This document shows positions 39,095 through 50,590 of a DNA stretch of 64,000 bases, in pieces. The stretch's first letter is position 1, and each line of letters starts with the position of its first letter. Under the pieces are notes generated by a model that worked only from the letters and a program-made list of their open reading frames with translations, was not told the DNA's origin and ran no database searches. The DNA comes from Microgenomates group bacterium (GTDB lineage Bacteria > Patescibacteriota > Microgenomatia > PFEM01 > JBNASD01): the NCBI GenBank assembly GCA_049720225.1, contig JBNASD010000001.1:396815-460814 (forward strand), read 5' to 3'. Made by a program: the position numbers and the translations under genes.

Positions 39095-42000
39095 TCCTTG
39101 CCCTTTCAGGAGTGACAGGAATTAATCGACCAATAATAACATTCTCTTTTAATCCCAACAGTTTATCTTCTTTATTTTCCAAGGAAACATCAGCCAAAAC
39201 ATTGGTAGTTTCTTCAAATGAAGCTGCAGAAAGCCAAGAATCAGTATAAAGAGAAGTCCGTTTTAATCCTAAAATGACTGGCTTAGCAGTTGCCGGTTTC
39301 TTTCCTTCCTTAATTACCCGTTGGTTTTCTTCTTCGAAAGCATTTTTACTTACTAGATCACGAGGCAAGAACATCGTATCTCCTTCGTCAATTATCCTTA
39401 ATTTATCTGACATTTTTCTTACGATTACTTCAAAATGCTTATCATTTATAGGAATTCCCTGAGATTCATAAACCGCTTGAATTTCGTTAATTAAATATTC
39501 TTGAGCTGGCCTCATTCCTTTAATTTCAACAATATCTTTAATATTTAAAGGACCGCTGGCTAACGGCGTTCCTACTCCTACTAACTGGCCATCTTCTACT
39601 AATAAAGTGTTTAAAGAAGAAACAAAATAACTTCTTACCTGTCCTTCATTATTTTTAATTTTTATTTCGTAACCTCCCTCAACTTCTTTTACACTCACCC
39701 TTCCACTAATTTCCGCCATTGGTACTACCGCCTTTGGAGTTCTTACTTCAAATAGTTCTTCAACCCGAGGAAGACCTTGTGTTACGTCTAAACCAACAAT
39801 TCCTCCAGTTTGCTTTGTTCTTAAAGTAAGTTGAGTGCCTGGCTCTCCAATTGATTGGGCAGCAATTACTCCCACTGGTGTTCCGATTTCCACTAATTTT
39901 TTACTCGAAAGATCCCAACCATAACACAACTGACAAACTCCATATTTAGTTTGACAAGTTAAAGGAGAACGAATTTTTACTTCTTTTATTTGATGCTTTT
40001 CTAATAATTCTAAACTATGACGAGTAATTAATTCTCCTTTTTTAAGAATTACTTTATCTTTTTCAATCTTAATATCTTCGGCCAATACTCTTCCTAAAAT
40101 TCTTTCAAAAAACTTATCTCCACGAACTCCTTCTTTAGAAATAATAATTCCTTCCTGTGTACCACAATCTTCCTCACGAACAATGACATCATGAGCAGCA
40201 TCAACTAAACGCCGAGTTAAATATCCAGCATCAGAAGTTTTCAAAGCGGTATCAGTTAATCCCTTTCTTGCTCCCCGCGCACTAGTAATGTATTCAAAAA
40301 CCGATAATCCCTCCTTGAAATTAGATTTAATAGGCATTTCTACGATTTTTCCTAAAGGATCGACAATTAATCCCTGCATTGCGGAAAGCTGTTTTATTTG
40401 ATCTTTGGAAACTCTCCTTAATCCTGCCTCTACCATTAATTTAATACTATTTCCTTCTTTAAACTCACCCCATGTTTTTTCCGCTAAAACTTCCGTGGTC
40501 TCTAACCAAATTTTCTGTAATAATCTTTTCTTTTCTTGGAGGGTAATTAATCCTTGTTTATAATTTTCTTCTATCTCCGTTGCTTTTTCGTTTGCCTCAT
40601 CAATTATTTTTTCCTTTCCTGGATAAACCACACAATCCCAAATTCCTACAGATAAACCAGAAATAGTTGCTCCCCAAAAACCTAGTTGTTTAAGGTCATC
40701 AATTAACTGAACAATTCTTTCGTTATCGCAAATTTCTAAAGCTTGGGTAACCAAAGCTTTAATCCTTTTTTCTTGAATTCCTTCATTAATAAAGGGCATT
40801 CCCTCGGGTAAAACCCGATTAAAGAGAATTCTTCCTACTGTTGTTTCTATTATCTTTCTCTCTTTTGGTTCTCTTACTTTTATTAATTGCCGCAATTCTA
40901 TTTTTCCTACTTGATAAGCTAAAATCGCCTCGTCAAAATCAACAAAAATAGTTTTACAAGGAGAGAGTTTAGGATCAATCGAGGTAATAAAGTAACAACC
41001 TAAAGCCATCTCTTTTCCCGGGACAGTAATAGGAGAACCATCGGCAGGACGCAAAAGATTGCTTTTTGGCGTCATTAATTCTTCTGCCTCTTTAATTGCT
41101 TCTTTACTCAAAGGAACATGAACCGCCATTTGATCGCCATCAAAATCCGCATTATAACCGGCACACACACAGGGGTGAATTTGGATTGCCCGACCATCAA
41201 TTAATACCGGATAAAAAGCTTGAATTCCTAATTTATGTAAAGTAGGTGCCCGGTTAAGCAAAACTGGATGATTTTTAGTAATTCTTTCTAAAATATCATA
41301 AACTTCAGGGGGCCGATGTTCTAAAATATATTTGGCATTTTTAACATTTTGGGCTAAACCAGCTAAAATTAACTCTCTTAAAATAAACGGCTTGAACAAC
41401 TCTAACGCCATTTCCTTTGGTAAACCACATTGAGTAAGTTTTAATTCTGGCCCAACAACAATTACTGATCGCCCAGAATAATCAACTCTTTTTCCTAAAA
41501 GATTTTGCCGGAATCTTCCTTGTTTTCCCCGAAGCATATCTGATAAAGAACGGAGTGGTTGCCTACCTCTCATTACTCGTCGCGTCCCTTTTTTAGCGCT
41601 ATCAATAAGAAAATCAACCGCTTCTTGAAGCATTCTTTTTTCGTTTCGAATAATAATTTCTGGTGCTCCTAAACTAATTAAATGTTTCAAACGATTATTC
41701 CGATTAATTACCCGGCGATATAAGTCATTTAAATCTGAAGAGGCAAATTTTCCTCCAGAAAGCTGAACCATTGGTCTTAAATCAGGAGGAATTACCGGCA
41801 ATACTCTTAAAATCATCCAAGAAGGATCAACTCCTGCCCGACGCAAACTTTCAATTAATTTTAATCGTTTAGCAATTTTAAGATATTTTTCTCCTTTAAC
41901 ATGCCTTAATTTTTCTTTTAATTCTCCCGCTAATTTTTCTAAATCGAGTTTTTCTAAAACTTCTAAAATTACTTCTGCTCCCATTCCCGCTTTGAAAAAG

Positions 42001-42770
42001 CCGTTTAATTCATATTCTTCTAAACGAACATACTCTTCCTCACTGACTAAACTAAATTTTTTAATTCTTCTGATTAAGTCAGTCAATAATTGATGATCCT
42101 CTTCTAATTTCTGAAGTTCTAAAAGATTATTATCTTTGAGAGTTTGAATTTTTTGTTTAAATTTAAGTTTTATTTCTTCTAAAGCAAGGTTTCTTTGATC
42201 TTTATTCTTAATTTTTCTTTCAGTTTCTTTTTTTTCTTTTTCTTCCTCAAGTTTAAGCTTTTCTATTTCTTTGTTTAATTTTTCTTTTAATTCTTTTTTA
42301 TTTTTAGCCAAAATCTCTCCTACTTTTTTCAAAGCTTCTTTTTGTTTTTCTTCATCAACTTCCGTCACTAAATATTGAGCAAAGTAAATGACTGATTCTA
42401 AACTTCGTGGGGGAATATCTAAAAGAACCGAAAGTTTTGGGGGACTACCTTTAAAATACCAAATGTGCGCTACCGGAGCAGCCAAAGTAATATGCCCCAT
42501 TCTTTCTCTTCTTACTCGTGATAAAGTTACTTCCACTCCACACTTATCACAAACCACTCCTTTATACCTAATTCTTTTATACTTTCCACAATAACATTCC
42601 CAATCTTTAGTTGGTCCAAAAATCCTTTCACAAAATAAACCATCCTTTTCCGGCTTAAAGGTTCGGTAATTAATGGTTTCTGGTTTTAATACCTCACCAT
42701 GAGACCACTGTTTAATTGTCTCCGGTGAGGCTAATTTAATTCTTAAAGATTTAAAATCAATTAGTTTCAT
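39084..42770 (-). CDS. rpoC: RNA polymerase beta' subunit
   Basis: [21 protein letters not shown], Zn finger CYCGKY..CDKC. Confidence 0.99.
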   Translation of the reverse strand: MKLIDFKSLRIKLASPETIKQWSHGEVLKPETINYRTFKPEKDGLFCERIFGPTKDWECYCGKYKRIRYKGVVCDKCGVEVTLSRVRRERMGHITLAAPVAHIWYFKGSPPKLSVLLDIPPRSLESVIYFAQYLVTEVDEEKQKEALKKVGEILAKNKKELKEKLNKEIEKLKLEEEKEKKETERKIKNKDQRNLALEEIKLKFKQKIQTLKDNNLLELQKLEEDHQLLTDLIRRIKKFSLVSEEEYVRLEEYELNGFFKAGMGAEVILEVLEKLDLEKLAGELKEKLRHVKGEKYLKIAKRLKLIESLRRAGVDPSWMILRVLPVIPPDLRPMVQLSGGKFASSDLNDLYRRVINRNNRLKHLISLGAPEIIIRNEKRMLQEAVDFLIDSAKKGTRRVMRGRQPLRSLSDMLRGKQGRFRQNLLGKRVDYSGRSVIVVGPELKLTQCGLPKEMALELFKPFILRELILAGLAQNVKNAKYILEHRPPEVYDILERITKNHPVLLNRAPTLHKLGIQAFYPVLIDGRAIQIHPCVCAGYNADFDGDQMAVHVPLSKEAIKEAEELMTPKSNLLRPADGSPITVPGKEMALGCYFITSIDPKLSPCKTIFVDFDEAILAYQVGKIELRQLIKVREPKERKIIETTVGRILFNRVLPEGMPFINEGIQEKRIKALVTQALEICDNERIVQLIDDLKQLGFWGATISGLSVGIWDCVVYPGKEKIIDEANEKATEIEENYKQGLITLQEKKRLLQKIWLETTEVLAEKTWGEFKEGNSIKLMVEAGLRRVSKDQIKQLSAMQGLIVDPLGKIVEMPIKSNFKEGLSVFEYITSARGARKGLTDTALKTSDAGYLTRRLVDAAHDVIVREEDCGTQEGIIISKEGVRGDKFFERILGRVLAEDIKIEKDKVILKKGELITRHSLELLEKHQIKEVKIRSPLTCQTKYGVCQLCYGWDLSSKKLVEIGTPVGVIAAQSIGEPGTQLTLRTKQTGGIVGLDVTQGLPRVEELFEVRTPKAVVPMAEISGRVSVKEVEGGYEIKIKNNEGQVRSYFVSSLNTLLVEDGQLVGVGTPLASGPLNIKDIVEIKGMRPAQEYLINEIQAVYESQGIPINDKHFEVIVRKMSDKLRIIDEGDTMFLPRDLVSKNAFEEENQRVIKEGKKPATAKPVILGLKRTSLYTDSWLSAASFEETTNVLADVSLENKEDKLLGLKENVIIGRLIPVTPERARIED

Positions 42771-45700
42771 TTTCTTTTTCCTCCTTTACTCCTTCAGGAA
42801 TAATATCCAATCCTAAACTATTTAATTCTTTAACTAATACTTTAAAAGATTCAGGAACATTGGCTTGGGGAATATCAATTCCCTTAACAATTGCCTCAAA
42901 CGCTTTTGCTCGCCCAACTACGTCATCAGATTTAATCGTTAACATTTCCTGTAGGGTATGCGCCGCTCGATGAGCTTCTAAAGTCCAAACTTCCATTTCT
43001 CCTAAACGTTGCCCTCCCATTTGGGCTTTTCCTCCTAATGGTTGTTGGGTTACAAGAGAGTAAGGACCAGTAGATCGCGCATGAATTTTATCCTCTACCA
43101 TATGGACTAATTTCAAGATATAAGCAACTCCGACAACTGTTTTTTCTTTCCGTGGCTCGCCGGTTCGTCCATCATAAAGTGTTACCTTTCCGTCTACTGG
43201 TAAACCTGCTTTTTTCATTTCTTCGGCAATTTGATCTTCAGAAATTTTTTCAAAGACAGGGACCGCTACCTTATAACCTAATTTTTGGGCTGCCCAACCT
43301 AAATGAGCTTCAAAAAGCTGACCAAGATTCATTCTGGCAATTACTGAAAGAGGAGAAATAATAATATCTACCGGCGTTCCGTCTTCCAAATGAGGCATAT
43401 CTACCTCAGGAATTACTCGAGAAATCACTCCTTTGTTTCCATGGCGGCCAGCTAATTTATCACCAATGGTAATTTTTCTTAATTGAGCCACCTTAACAAT
43501 TACTTTTTTAATTACTCCTACATCTAATTCATCGCCTTTCTCCCGATCTAAAATCTGAACATCAATCACTGTTCCCCATTCTCCATGAGGCATTCTTAAG
43601 GAAGTGTCTTTAACTTCTTTTGCTTTTTCCGCAAAAATTGCCCGTAAAAGTCGTTCTTCAGCAGTTAATTCTGTTTCCCCTTTAGGAGCAATTTTTCCTA
43701 CTAAAATATCATTAGGACCAACTTCCGATCCAATCACCACAACTCCATCTTCTCCTAAATGAGCTAAATCCGCCTCAGCAACATTAGGAATATCGCGAGT
43801 TAATTCTTCTGGTCCTAATTTTGTCTCCATTACTAAACATTCATATTCTTCAATGTTAATTGAGGTAAGGATATCCTCTTTAACCAACCGATCAGAAATA
43901 ACAATCGCATCTTCATACTCTAAACCATCCAAAGAGCAATAAGCAATTAAAAGATTTCTTCCTAAAGCTAGTTCTCCTTGATCAACCGCTGGCCCATCCG
44001 CTAAAAGGTCTCCTTTTTTTACTTTTTGTCCTGGAAAGACTACTGGTCGTTGAGAATAACAAGTGCTATTGGGATTGGTGCGTTTAAATTTTGTTAATTC
44101 AAAAGTTCCGCTTTTTTCTAAAACTATCTTTCGCGCATCAACATAAACCACCTTGTCGTCTTGAGGAGCCCTAATTACTCTTCCCATAATATCCGCTACC
44201 ACTTTTTCCATTCCCGTCCCCACGATTGGCGCTTCTGGTTTCACTAAAGGAACTGCTTGACATTGCATGTGGCTGCCCATTAACGCCCGGTTGGGCATAT
44301 CATTATGCAAAAAGGGAATTAAAGAAGCAGATGTTCCTACTATTTGCTGAGGAGTAATATCAATATATTCAACATTTTCTACGGGAGCTTCTAGAAATTC
44401 CCCTTGATATCTTACTGGAACCCAGGAATCAGTAATAAAACCATCTTTATCAATATTAATTCCCTGATGGGTAATATAATGTTCTTGTTCGTCATCAGCG
44501 GTTAAATAAACAATTTCATCAGTCACTTTCATTTTTGTTTTTCCTCTAACCTTTACTTTCTCTACTTTAAAATAAGGAGTTTCTAAAAACCCATATTCAT
44601 TTATTCGAGTATATAAAGCTAAATAAGTCACCAACCCAATATTAGGACCTTCAGGTGAACGCACCGGACAAATTCTTCCATATTGAGAAGCATTAATATC
44701 CCTAATCGAAAAGGAAGCTCTTTCCCGCGTAACCCCACCGGTTCCCATTACCGATACTCTTCTAAGATTGTCTAGTTCTGATAGGGGATTGGTACCATCT
44801 AAAATTGTTGATAATCGATTGCTCCGGAAAAATTCATTTAAAGCAGCAATTAAAGGACGAGCATTAATTACTTGTACGGGAGAAATATTTTCTTCTGGAG
44901 AAAAAAGACTCATTTTTTCTTTGACTGCCCTTTCTAAACGAGCTAATCCTACCCTAAAACCATTCTCTATTATTAATTCCCCTACCTGACGAAGACGACG
45001 ATTACTCAAATTATCAATATCATCAACTCTTCCTTTGCCATTTTCTAATTGAATTAAGTACTTTACCGTTTCAATAATATCTTTTAATGTTAAAACCCAA
45101 TTTTCTGGAACGTTAGGAAGATTCATTCCCAATCGTTTATTAATTTTAAAACGCCCTACTTTTCCTAAGAAATAACGTCGAGGATTAAAAAACATATTTT
45201 CTAAAAAGTTTTTAGCAGTTTCTAAAACCACTGGCTCGCCTGGTCTTAATTTTTGATAAATTTCAATTAGCGCCTCCATTTGAGATTTAGTAGAATCTTT
45301 TTGAATAGTAGCCGTTAAAAATGGTTCACTTTCTTTTGATATATCAGAAAAAGCAGCAAAAATTTCTTCATCAGAAGATAACCCTAAAGCTCTTAGTAAT
45401 ACTGTTACGGGAAATTTTCTTCGGCGATCAATTCTTACCACAATATTATTATTTTTTTCTATCGTAAATTCTAACCATGAACCATGTTTTGGTCTTATTT
45501 CTGCAGTATAAACCATCTTCCCCCAAGTAGGATCAACCTCTCCTACAAAATAAACTCCTGGTGATCTTACTAACTGATTAACTACTCCTCTCTCAATTCC
45601 GTTAATAATAAAAGTACCGTTCTCTGTCATCTTGGGAATATCTCCTAAAAATACCAGCTTTTTATTCTGCCTTCCTGTCTTTTTGCTTACCAAAGTCACC

Positions 45701-45966
45701 TCTACTTTCAAAGGCATATCGTAGGTTAGTCCTTTATTTAAGGCTTGAAAGGGAGTAATTTTTGGCTCGCCAAAGAAATAATCTCCAAAATGAAGCTCCC
45801 AGTTTTTCCCTGTAAAATCAACAATAGGAGAAATCTCCGTAAAACATTCCTTAATCCCTTCTTCTAAAAACCACTTATAAGAATCTTTTTGAACAGCTAA
45901 TAAATCTAATGGAGGTAAATTTTTATATTCTTTTCCCCAGTTAATTCTTGGTTTTTTGGCAGTCAT
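42757..45966 (-). CDS. rpoB: RNA polymerase beta subunit
   Basis: GDKLAGRHGNKG, HMVEDKIHARS, GGQRLGEME. Confidence 0.99.
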   Translation of the reverse strand: MTAKKPRINWGKEYKNLPPLDLLAVQKDSYKWFLEEGIKECFTEISPIVDFTGKNWELHFGDYFFGEPKITPFQALNKGLTYDMPLKVEVTLVSKKTGRQNKKLVFLGDIPKMTENGTFIINGIERGVVNQLVRSPGVYFVGEVDPTWGKMVYTAEIRPKHGSWLEFTIEKNNNIVVRIDRRRKFPVTVLLRALGLSSDEEIFAAFSDISKESEPFLTATIQKDSTKSQMEALIEIYQKLRPGEPVVLETAKNFLENMFFNPRRYFLGKVGRFKINKRLGMNLPNVPENWVLTLKDIIETVKYLIQLENGKGRVDDIDNLSNRRLRQVGELIIENGFRVGLARLERAVKEKMSLFSPEENISPVQVINARPLIAALNEFFRSNRLSTILDGTNPLSELDNLRRVSVMGTGGVTRERASFSIRDINASQYGRICPVRSPEGPNIGLVTYLALYTRINEYGFLETPYFKVEKVKVRGKTKMKVTDEIVYLTADDEQEHYITHQGINIDKDGFITDSWVPVRYQGEFLEAPVENVEYIDITPQQIVGTSASLIPFLHNDMPNRALMGSHMQCQAVPLVKPEAPIVGTGMEKVVADIMGRVIRAPQDDKVVYVDARKIVLEKSGTFELTKFKRTNPNSTCYSQRPVVFPGQKVKKGDLLADGPAVDQGELALGRNLLIAYCSLDGLEYEDAIVISDRLVKEDILTSINIEEYECLVMETKLGPEELTRDIPNVAEADLAHLGEDGVVVIGSEVGPNDILVGKIAPKGETELTAEERLLRAIFAEKAKEVKDTSLRMPHGEWGTVIDVQILDREKGDELDVGVIKKVIVKVAQLRKITIGDKLAGRHGNKGVISRVIPEVDMPHLEDGTPVDIIISPLSVIARMNLGQLFEAHLGWAAQKLGYKVAVPVFEKISEDQIAEEMKKAGLPVDGKVTLYDGRTGEPRKEKTVVGVAYILKLVHMVEDKIHARSTGPYSLVTQQPLGGKAQMGGQRLGEMEVWTLEAHRAAHTLQEMLTIKSDDVVGRAKAFEAIVKGIDIPQANVPESFKVLVKELNSLGLDIIPEGVKEEKENETN

Positions 45967-46077
45967 TATTTTTATATTTATATCTACTTAAATTTTAATT
46001 AAATGAATTCACCAAAAAATACCCAAAATAAAAATATTCCCAGAATAGGGAATTATCTTAAGCTAAGCTAAAAAGGG

Positions 46078-46106
46078 ATAATAGCATATTATAACTAGTC
46101 TGTCAA
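46078..46106 (-). promoter_or_regulatory. rpoBC promoter
   Basis: TTGACA-17-TATTAT with extended TG, overlapping the mltG stop. Confidence 0.7.
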
Positions 46107-47072
46107 GTCCAAAAATTTATTAATATTTTCCTGATGCTCTTCCAAAGTTCTAGCAAAATGAAGCTTCCCTTTCTTATCAGAAAGATAATACCAAAATTCG
46201 GAATCTTTAGCATAAATTACCGCCTTAATTGAAGCTAATCCAGGATTGCAAATTGGGGTAGGAGGTAAATTTTTATATTTATAAGTATTATAAGGAGAAT
46301 CAATTTTTAAGTCTTCTTTTTTAATCACCGGCCACCAGTTATAAGAATCAAATAATTCTGGAGAAAAATAAAGATTGACTTTAGCATATTGAATAGTGGC
46401 ATCTGTCTGTAAAGGCCAATTGTTTTTTAATCTCTTAATTAAAATTCCGGCAGCGATTTCTCTGTCTTCAGGATATTTTACTTCTCTTTCAATAATTGAA
46501 GCTAAAATTAATTTTTCATAAGAAGTAAGACTTTCCTTTTCTTCATCTAAAAAGGGTTGGGCTTTTTTGTCAAAATTTTCTTTTAAAATTTTAACAATCT
46601 TTTCCTCATCGATATTTTTAGGAAAAAGATAAGTATCAGGAAATAAATAACCCTCTAATTTATTAGTTAAATCAAGAAACTTCTTTTCCTCAAAATTCTC
46701 TAAATTTGCCTTAAGTCGACGGGCAAATTCTTCTTTTCGCCAACCTTCAGGAAAAGTAATCCAAATATCATTTGTTCCCCTAGTTAAAGTTAATGCTATT
46801 TCTTCCGGCGATAAAGAGGAAGAAAGAGTAAAACTTCCTGCTTGAATTTTTCCTTTTAATCCTTTTAAAAATACTAATAATTGAAAAACAAAGCGATCAT
46901 TAATTAACCCTTCTTCTTCTAATCTTTTGGCAATTGAAGTAACATCTTCTCCTTTTTTGACCACAAACGTCTTTTTAACTTCCTGCTTTCCTAAAGAAGA
47001 AGTAACCGGTTTAATTCCTTTTTGCCACCAAAAAAAGCCACCTACGGTGACTCCTAAAAAAAATAACCACAC
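46095..47072 (-). CDS. mltG: Endolytic transglycosylase MltG (YceG); start may be ATT at 47096
   Basis: TFPEG, LEGYLFPDTY, ASIIERE, LQTDAT, SPYNTY..LPPTPICNPG. Confidence 0.95.
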   Translation of the reverse strand: MWLFFLGVTVGGFFWWQKGIKPVTSSLGKQEVKKTFVVKKGEDVTSIAKRLEEEGLINDRFVFQLLVFLKGLKGKIQAGSFTLSSSLSPEEIALTLTRGTNDIWITFPEGWRKEEFARRLKANLENFEEKKFLDLTNKLEGYLFPDTYLFPKNIDEEKIVKILKENFDKKAQPFLDEEKESLTSYEKLILASIIEREVKYPEDREIAAGILIKRLKNNWPLQTDATIQYAKVNLYFSPELFDSYNWWPVIKKEDLKIDSPYNTYKYKNLPPTPICNPGLASIKAVIYAKDSEFWYYLSDKKGKLHFARTLEEHQENINKFLDLTD

Positions 47073-47098
47073 TAAAAATCTTCTTCTAATTCTAATAA

Positions 47099-47299
47099 TT
47101 ATACCTCCTCAAATAATGCCCGCCGATATTTTTTAGTTTTAGGGTCATAAATAAAAATCCGGCCGCATTGGCAAGTTACTTTCTCGGTTCCATCCTTCCT
47201 TTTTTCTCTTTTTCCTTTGGCTAAAAATCTTCCGCAACCTACGCATTGCCCCCGAGAAAGTAACCAGGCCTGAACCGGCGCAATGATATTTTTAAACAC
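47099..47299 (-). CDS. Small zinc-ribbon-like hypothetical protein
   Basis: 66 aa with CVGC..CQCG; coupled to yqgF; preceded by an AGGAGG SD. Confidence 0.7.
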   Translation of the reverse strand: MFKNIIAPVQAWLLSRGQCVGCGRFLAKGKREKRKDGTEKVTCQCGRIFIYDPKTKKYRRALFEEV

Positions 47300-47678
47300 C
47301 CTGCCTCCTTTCTTCTAAAAATTTTTCTAATATTAAAGCTGCTGCAAAAGCATCTTCTTTTTTTCTTCTTTTTTTCCTTCTTATCCCTGCTGCTATCATT
47401 TTAGCAATCGCCTCTTTACTCGTCAAGGTTTCATCAACATAAAAAATAGGTAGTTTAGTTTTCTTGGCAATTTTTCTCGCAAATTCTAAAACGTCTTTCT
47501 TTAATTTTTCCGAGGGAATTCCAATTACAATCTCTTTTATCTCTTCTTCTTGACAAATTTTTAAAATTTCTGAAAACAATTCTTTTTCCGATACTACCTT
47601 GTAGGGATAAATTACTTCTCCACTTCCAATGGCTAGCCCTATTTTTTTTAAACCAAAATCAATTCCCAAGATGTTCAT
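47292..47678 (-). CDS. yqgF: YqgF/RuvX pre-16S rRNA nuclease
   Basis: ILGIDFG.KKIGLA, VDETLTS, DAFAAALIL. Confidence 0.93.
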   Translation of the reverse strand: MNILGIDFGLKKIGLAIGSGEVIYPYKVVSEKELFSEILKICQEEEIKEIVIGIPSEKLKKDVLEFARKIAKKTKLPIFYVDETLTSKEAIAKMIAAGIRRKKRRKKEDAFAAALILEKFLEERRQGV

Positions 47679-48357
47679 AAAGTTGGGCGGGAACCAATTT
47701 TGCTTTAACTACTAACCTTCTTAAATAAGTTCCTGGAGGAACGCAAGTAATAAGACTTAAATACTCTCCGTCATAAGTTTGTTCTAAAACAGAAACGTCT
47801 TCGGGAGAAACTTCGACTAATTCAAAAACTTCATAAAAATAACGAATTCCGTCGAAGTCTAAAATAATTACATCACCTTTTTTTAAAGTTGGCAAAGTAG
47901 AAAAGATGGTTTTGTAATTTTTAGGATTAAAAAATTGCGGCAACACTGAATGACCAAAAATTACTACATTTCCGTATTCTCCCGGCAACGCAGTTCCCGG
48001 ATATTGGATTAAACTTTGAGAAAGATCTTCTCCACCAATTTTTACCACCGCATTCTTAATTCCCAATTTGGGAATTGATAAGTTATAATCGGTAATTTTA
48101 CTTGGGCGGGGAGTTAGGGCCGGAGAAGTAATAAACCAAGAGTGAGGATCATTAAAATTAGGAGAAAAAGAACTTTCCACCGGCGAAATAAAAGCTACTT
48201 TTTTTTCGCGATGAGTTGTTAATTGATACCACAAAATAGGAAAAATCGCATTGATAATCAAAAATAATCCTCCTAGCAAAAAAATCCATGGTAAAAAATT
48301 AAGAAATTTTTTTCTTTCTTTTTCTTTGGGAGTATTTTTAACATAACAATAAAGCAT
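47659..48357 (-). CDS. Sortase
   Basis: N-terminal TM; His-Cys-Arg triad in GNVVIFGHS and LSLITCVPPGTYLRRLVV. Confidence 0.92.
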   Translation of the reverse strand: MLYCYVKNTPKEKERKKFLNFLPWIFLLGGLFLIINAIFPILWYQLTTHREKKVAFISPVESSFSPNFNDPHSWFITSPALTPRPSKITDYNLSIPKLGIKNAVVKIGGEDLSQSLIQYPGTALPGEYGNVVIFGHSVLPQFFNPKNYKTIFSTLPTLKKGDVIILDFDGIRYFYEVFELVEVSPEDVSVLEQTYDGEYLSLITCVPPGTYLRRLVVKAKLVPAQLYEHLGN

Positions 48358-48358
48358 C

Positions 48359-50590
48359 TTATTTTCTTTTCACCTCCACAGTAATATTTTTAACTAATTG
48401 GGGAAATGTCAAAAATTTTGCCGGAAGTTGAGGAGTTATCTCTATTTGATAAGAATTTACCTTCGATAAATTATTTAAATAAGTCTGACCAGCAGATAAA
48501 GATTTACCTCTTAAATCTTTTTTAATTGCTTCTAAATCAAACGTAGGAAATAGATAAGCTTTAAATTTAACTTTGAAATTGGCTGTTCCGTCTTTATTTA
48601 CTTTTTCTAATCTAAAATCAACTTCTTTCTCTTCCGGTTTATATTGATAACCTTCGGGAATAAGTTGCGAAATCTTTTTTTCTAAAACCTTATTAAAATC
48701 CGCATTAGAATAAGTTAAAACTTTAAACTCTACTTCTAAGTTAAGTTTTATTTCTTCTGCCTCTTCATCAGTTTCTCTGTCAAAAATTTCTTTTTTAATT
48801 GTATAACTTAAAGAATCTTTAATTACTTCTTTATCAGGAGAAATTTTTTCTTTAAATTTTTCCCAAATTTCCTCTTTAAGAGATTCGAGAATTTCTTTTT
48901 TTAATTCTTCTTTGTCTTTTTTCGCCACTACTTGAATTTCTCGACTAGTTCCTCCACTAAACGCCTCTTCATTTTTAGCCACAAAGTCTGATTTTGAATA
49001 ATTATTAATATTAAACTCTGTTCCAGCAGCTAAATTTCCCTCCGCCCCTATTTTTACTGCCTTTACCTTTACCTTTGCTTTTCCTGGAACCTTCACATAA
49101 TCTGCCCCGACGCTTTCAGAAGCAACCGTCACCTCTTCTTCTAAAGTAAATTTCAATCCATCAGGACCAATAATCTCCGTTCCTTTTTCAAACTTTTTTT
49201 CTTTAGCGGTGCGATTATAGATTACCACCTCTCCTGAAGCGGGTTCTCCTACTACTTTGACACCAGTAGTTTCTTTTTTTCCTTCTTTGGACAAAACTAA
49301 AACTATCTCTTCTCCTGGTAAAATTAATTTTTCTTCGTCGGGAGATTTTATCTGAGGATCAACGGTAACTCCCAAATCCTTTTCTAAAATCTCTGGTTTA
49401 ACCCACAAAATAATTTTTGCTTTAGGAATAAACCACCAATAAGCAAATAACCCCCCTCCCAAAAGAAAAAGTAATAAAAATAAAACCAAAAGTATCGACC
49501 TTTTTCTTCCTTTTAAAAGAAGAATTTTTTCTACTGAATTTTTAATTATATTTCCCACCTTAAGGAAAAGGGGAAAAGCCATTTCTTTTAGGTTTTTTAT
49601 CTTTTCTAAAGATGGCTTCATCTTTTCTGTTTCTTGAGAAGATTCCTCTGTTGATACAACAGTTGGCGGAATTATCTCTTCTTCTTTAAGAGTAATATCT
49701 TCTCCCTTTACAAAACCAAAATTTTCTTCTTCTTTAACTGAAGGGGAAATTTCCTCAATCTTTTCTTCTTCCTCTAAAACTTCCGATTCTTCAGAAATTT
49801 CCTCTTTGGTTGGTATTTTCGCTTCCTCTTTCAAAATAACTCCTTTTACTTCCCCTATCTCTTTACCTCCTGCTAATACTAAAGAGAGTAAAGAAAACTC
49901 AAAAGGAAGAATCTCTACTTTTGGCAGATGAAAAAAGTTAATTTCCAATTCTTCCCAAGAAATCTCTTCTATCTGTCTTTTTTCTTCTTCTAAATTTTCT
50001 TGATTATAAAGAATAATTCTTGCAGGTAAAACTTCGCTTTTATCAAATCGAGAAAATCCCTCAATTAAATCTTCTTTTAAGTTTTCACTCCGAACTAATT
50101 CTTCGGTAGCAATAAATTTTCCTACTTTAATTAAACTTAAAAATATTTTTTTTGAAGTAAAATTAATTAGAATTGCGCTTAAAGGAATTCCTTCTTTGAT
50201 TTTAAAATGATGAGCAATTGCCTCAGGAGTAATTACAAATCCTAATGCCTCAAAGTTCATCTCTCGACAAATTGTTTTTAAGATTGCCATCTTTTCCTCT
50301 TTTACTTCATTACTTTCTTTAAGCCAACTAAAAGGAATACCAAAAATTATTTTTTGAGAAGCGATATTCTCTTGAGGAGGAAGAGATTGATCAATAGCAG
50401 TAATTATTTCTTCATCATTTTCAAAAAAAACCATTTTCCCTACTTTTACCACTTCTACTATTCCTTCAGAAGAAATCCTCCACCAGGCAGAGTTGACAAA
50501 TTCATCTTCAATTAAAACCGCTAAATAAGTTTCCGGTGGTCTTTTTTCCTCAAAAGATTTAATTTTTTTAAAAAAATTACTGATTTCCAT
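48359..50590 (-). CDS. Membrane protein with a possible actin/FtsA-like N-terminal domain, acidic linker, TM and baseplate-J/gp47-like C-terminal domain
   Basis: 743 aa; TM around aa 366-388; ASGEVVIYN..FEKGT..A..IGAEGNL..AFSGG resembles baseplate-J-like domains. Recognition only. Confidence 0.6.
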   Translation of the reverse strand: MEISNFFKKIKSFEEKRPPETYLAVLIEDEFVNSAWWRISSEGIVEVVKVGKMVFFENDEEIITAIDQSLPPQENIASQKIIFGIPFSWLKESNEVKEEKMAILKTICREMNFEALGFVITPEAIAHHFKIKEGIPLSAILINFTSKKIFLSLIKVGKFIATEELVRSENLKEDLIEGFSRFDKSEVLPARIILYNQENLEEEKRQIEEISWEELEINFFHLPKVEILPFEFSLLSLVLAGGKEIGEVKGVILKEEAKIPTKEEISEESEVLEEEEKIEEISPSVKEEENFGFVKGEDITLKEEEIIPPTVVSTEESSQETEKMKPSLEKIKNLKEMAFPLFLKVGNIIKNSVEKILLLKGRKRSILLVLFLLLFLLGGGLFAYWWFIPKAKIILWVKPEILEKDLGVTVDPQIKSPDEEKLILPGEEIVLVLSKEGKKETTGVKVVGEPASGEVVIYNRTAKEKKFEKGTEIIGPDGLKFTLEEEVTVASESVGADYVKVPGKAKVKVKAVKIGAEGNLAAGTEFNINNYSKSDFVAKNEEAFSGGTSREIQVVAKKDKEELKKEILESLKEEIWEKFKEKISPDKEVIKDSLSYTIKKEIFDRETDEEAEEIKLNLEVEFKVLTYSNADFNKVLEKKISQLIPEGYQYKPEEKEVDFRLEKVNKDGTANFKVKFKAYLFPTFDLEAIKKDLRGKSLSAGQTYLNNLSKVNSYQIEITPQLPAKFLTFPQLVKNITVEVKRK

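Noticed and set aside
18239-45966. Inteins or introns in recA, rpoB, rpoC or the tRNA
   Set aside because: Protein lengths are normal or compact, no intein splice motifs were seen, and the tRNA folds without an insert.
48359-50590. Prophage or contractile injection system suggested by the baseplate-J-like domain
   Set aside because: No tail, sheath, capsid, terminase or integrase genes nearby; the gene has a TM segment and sits in a housekeeping operon.
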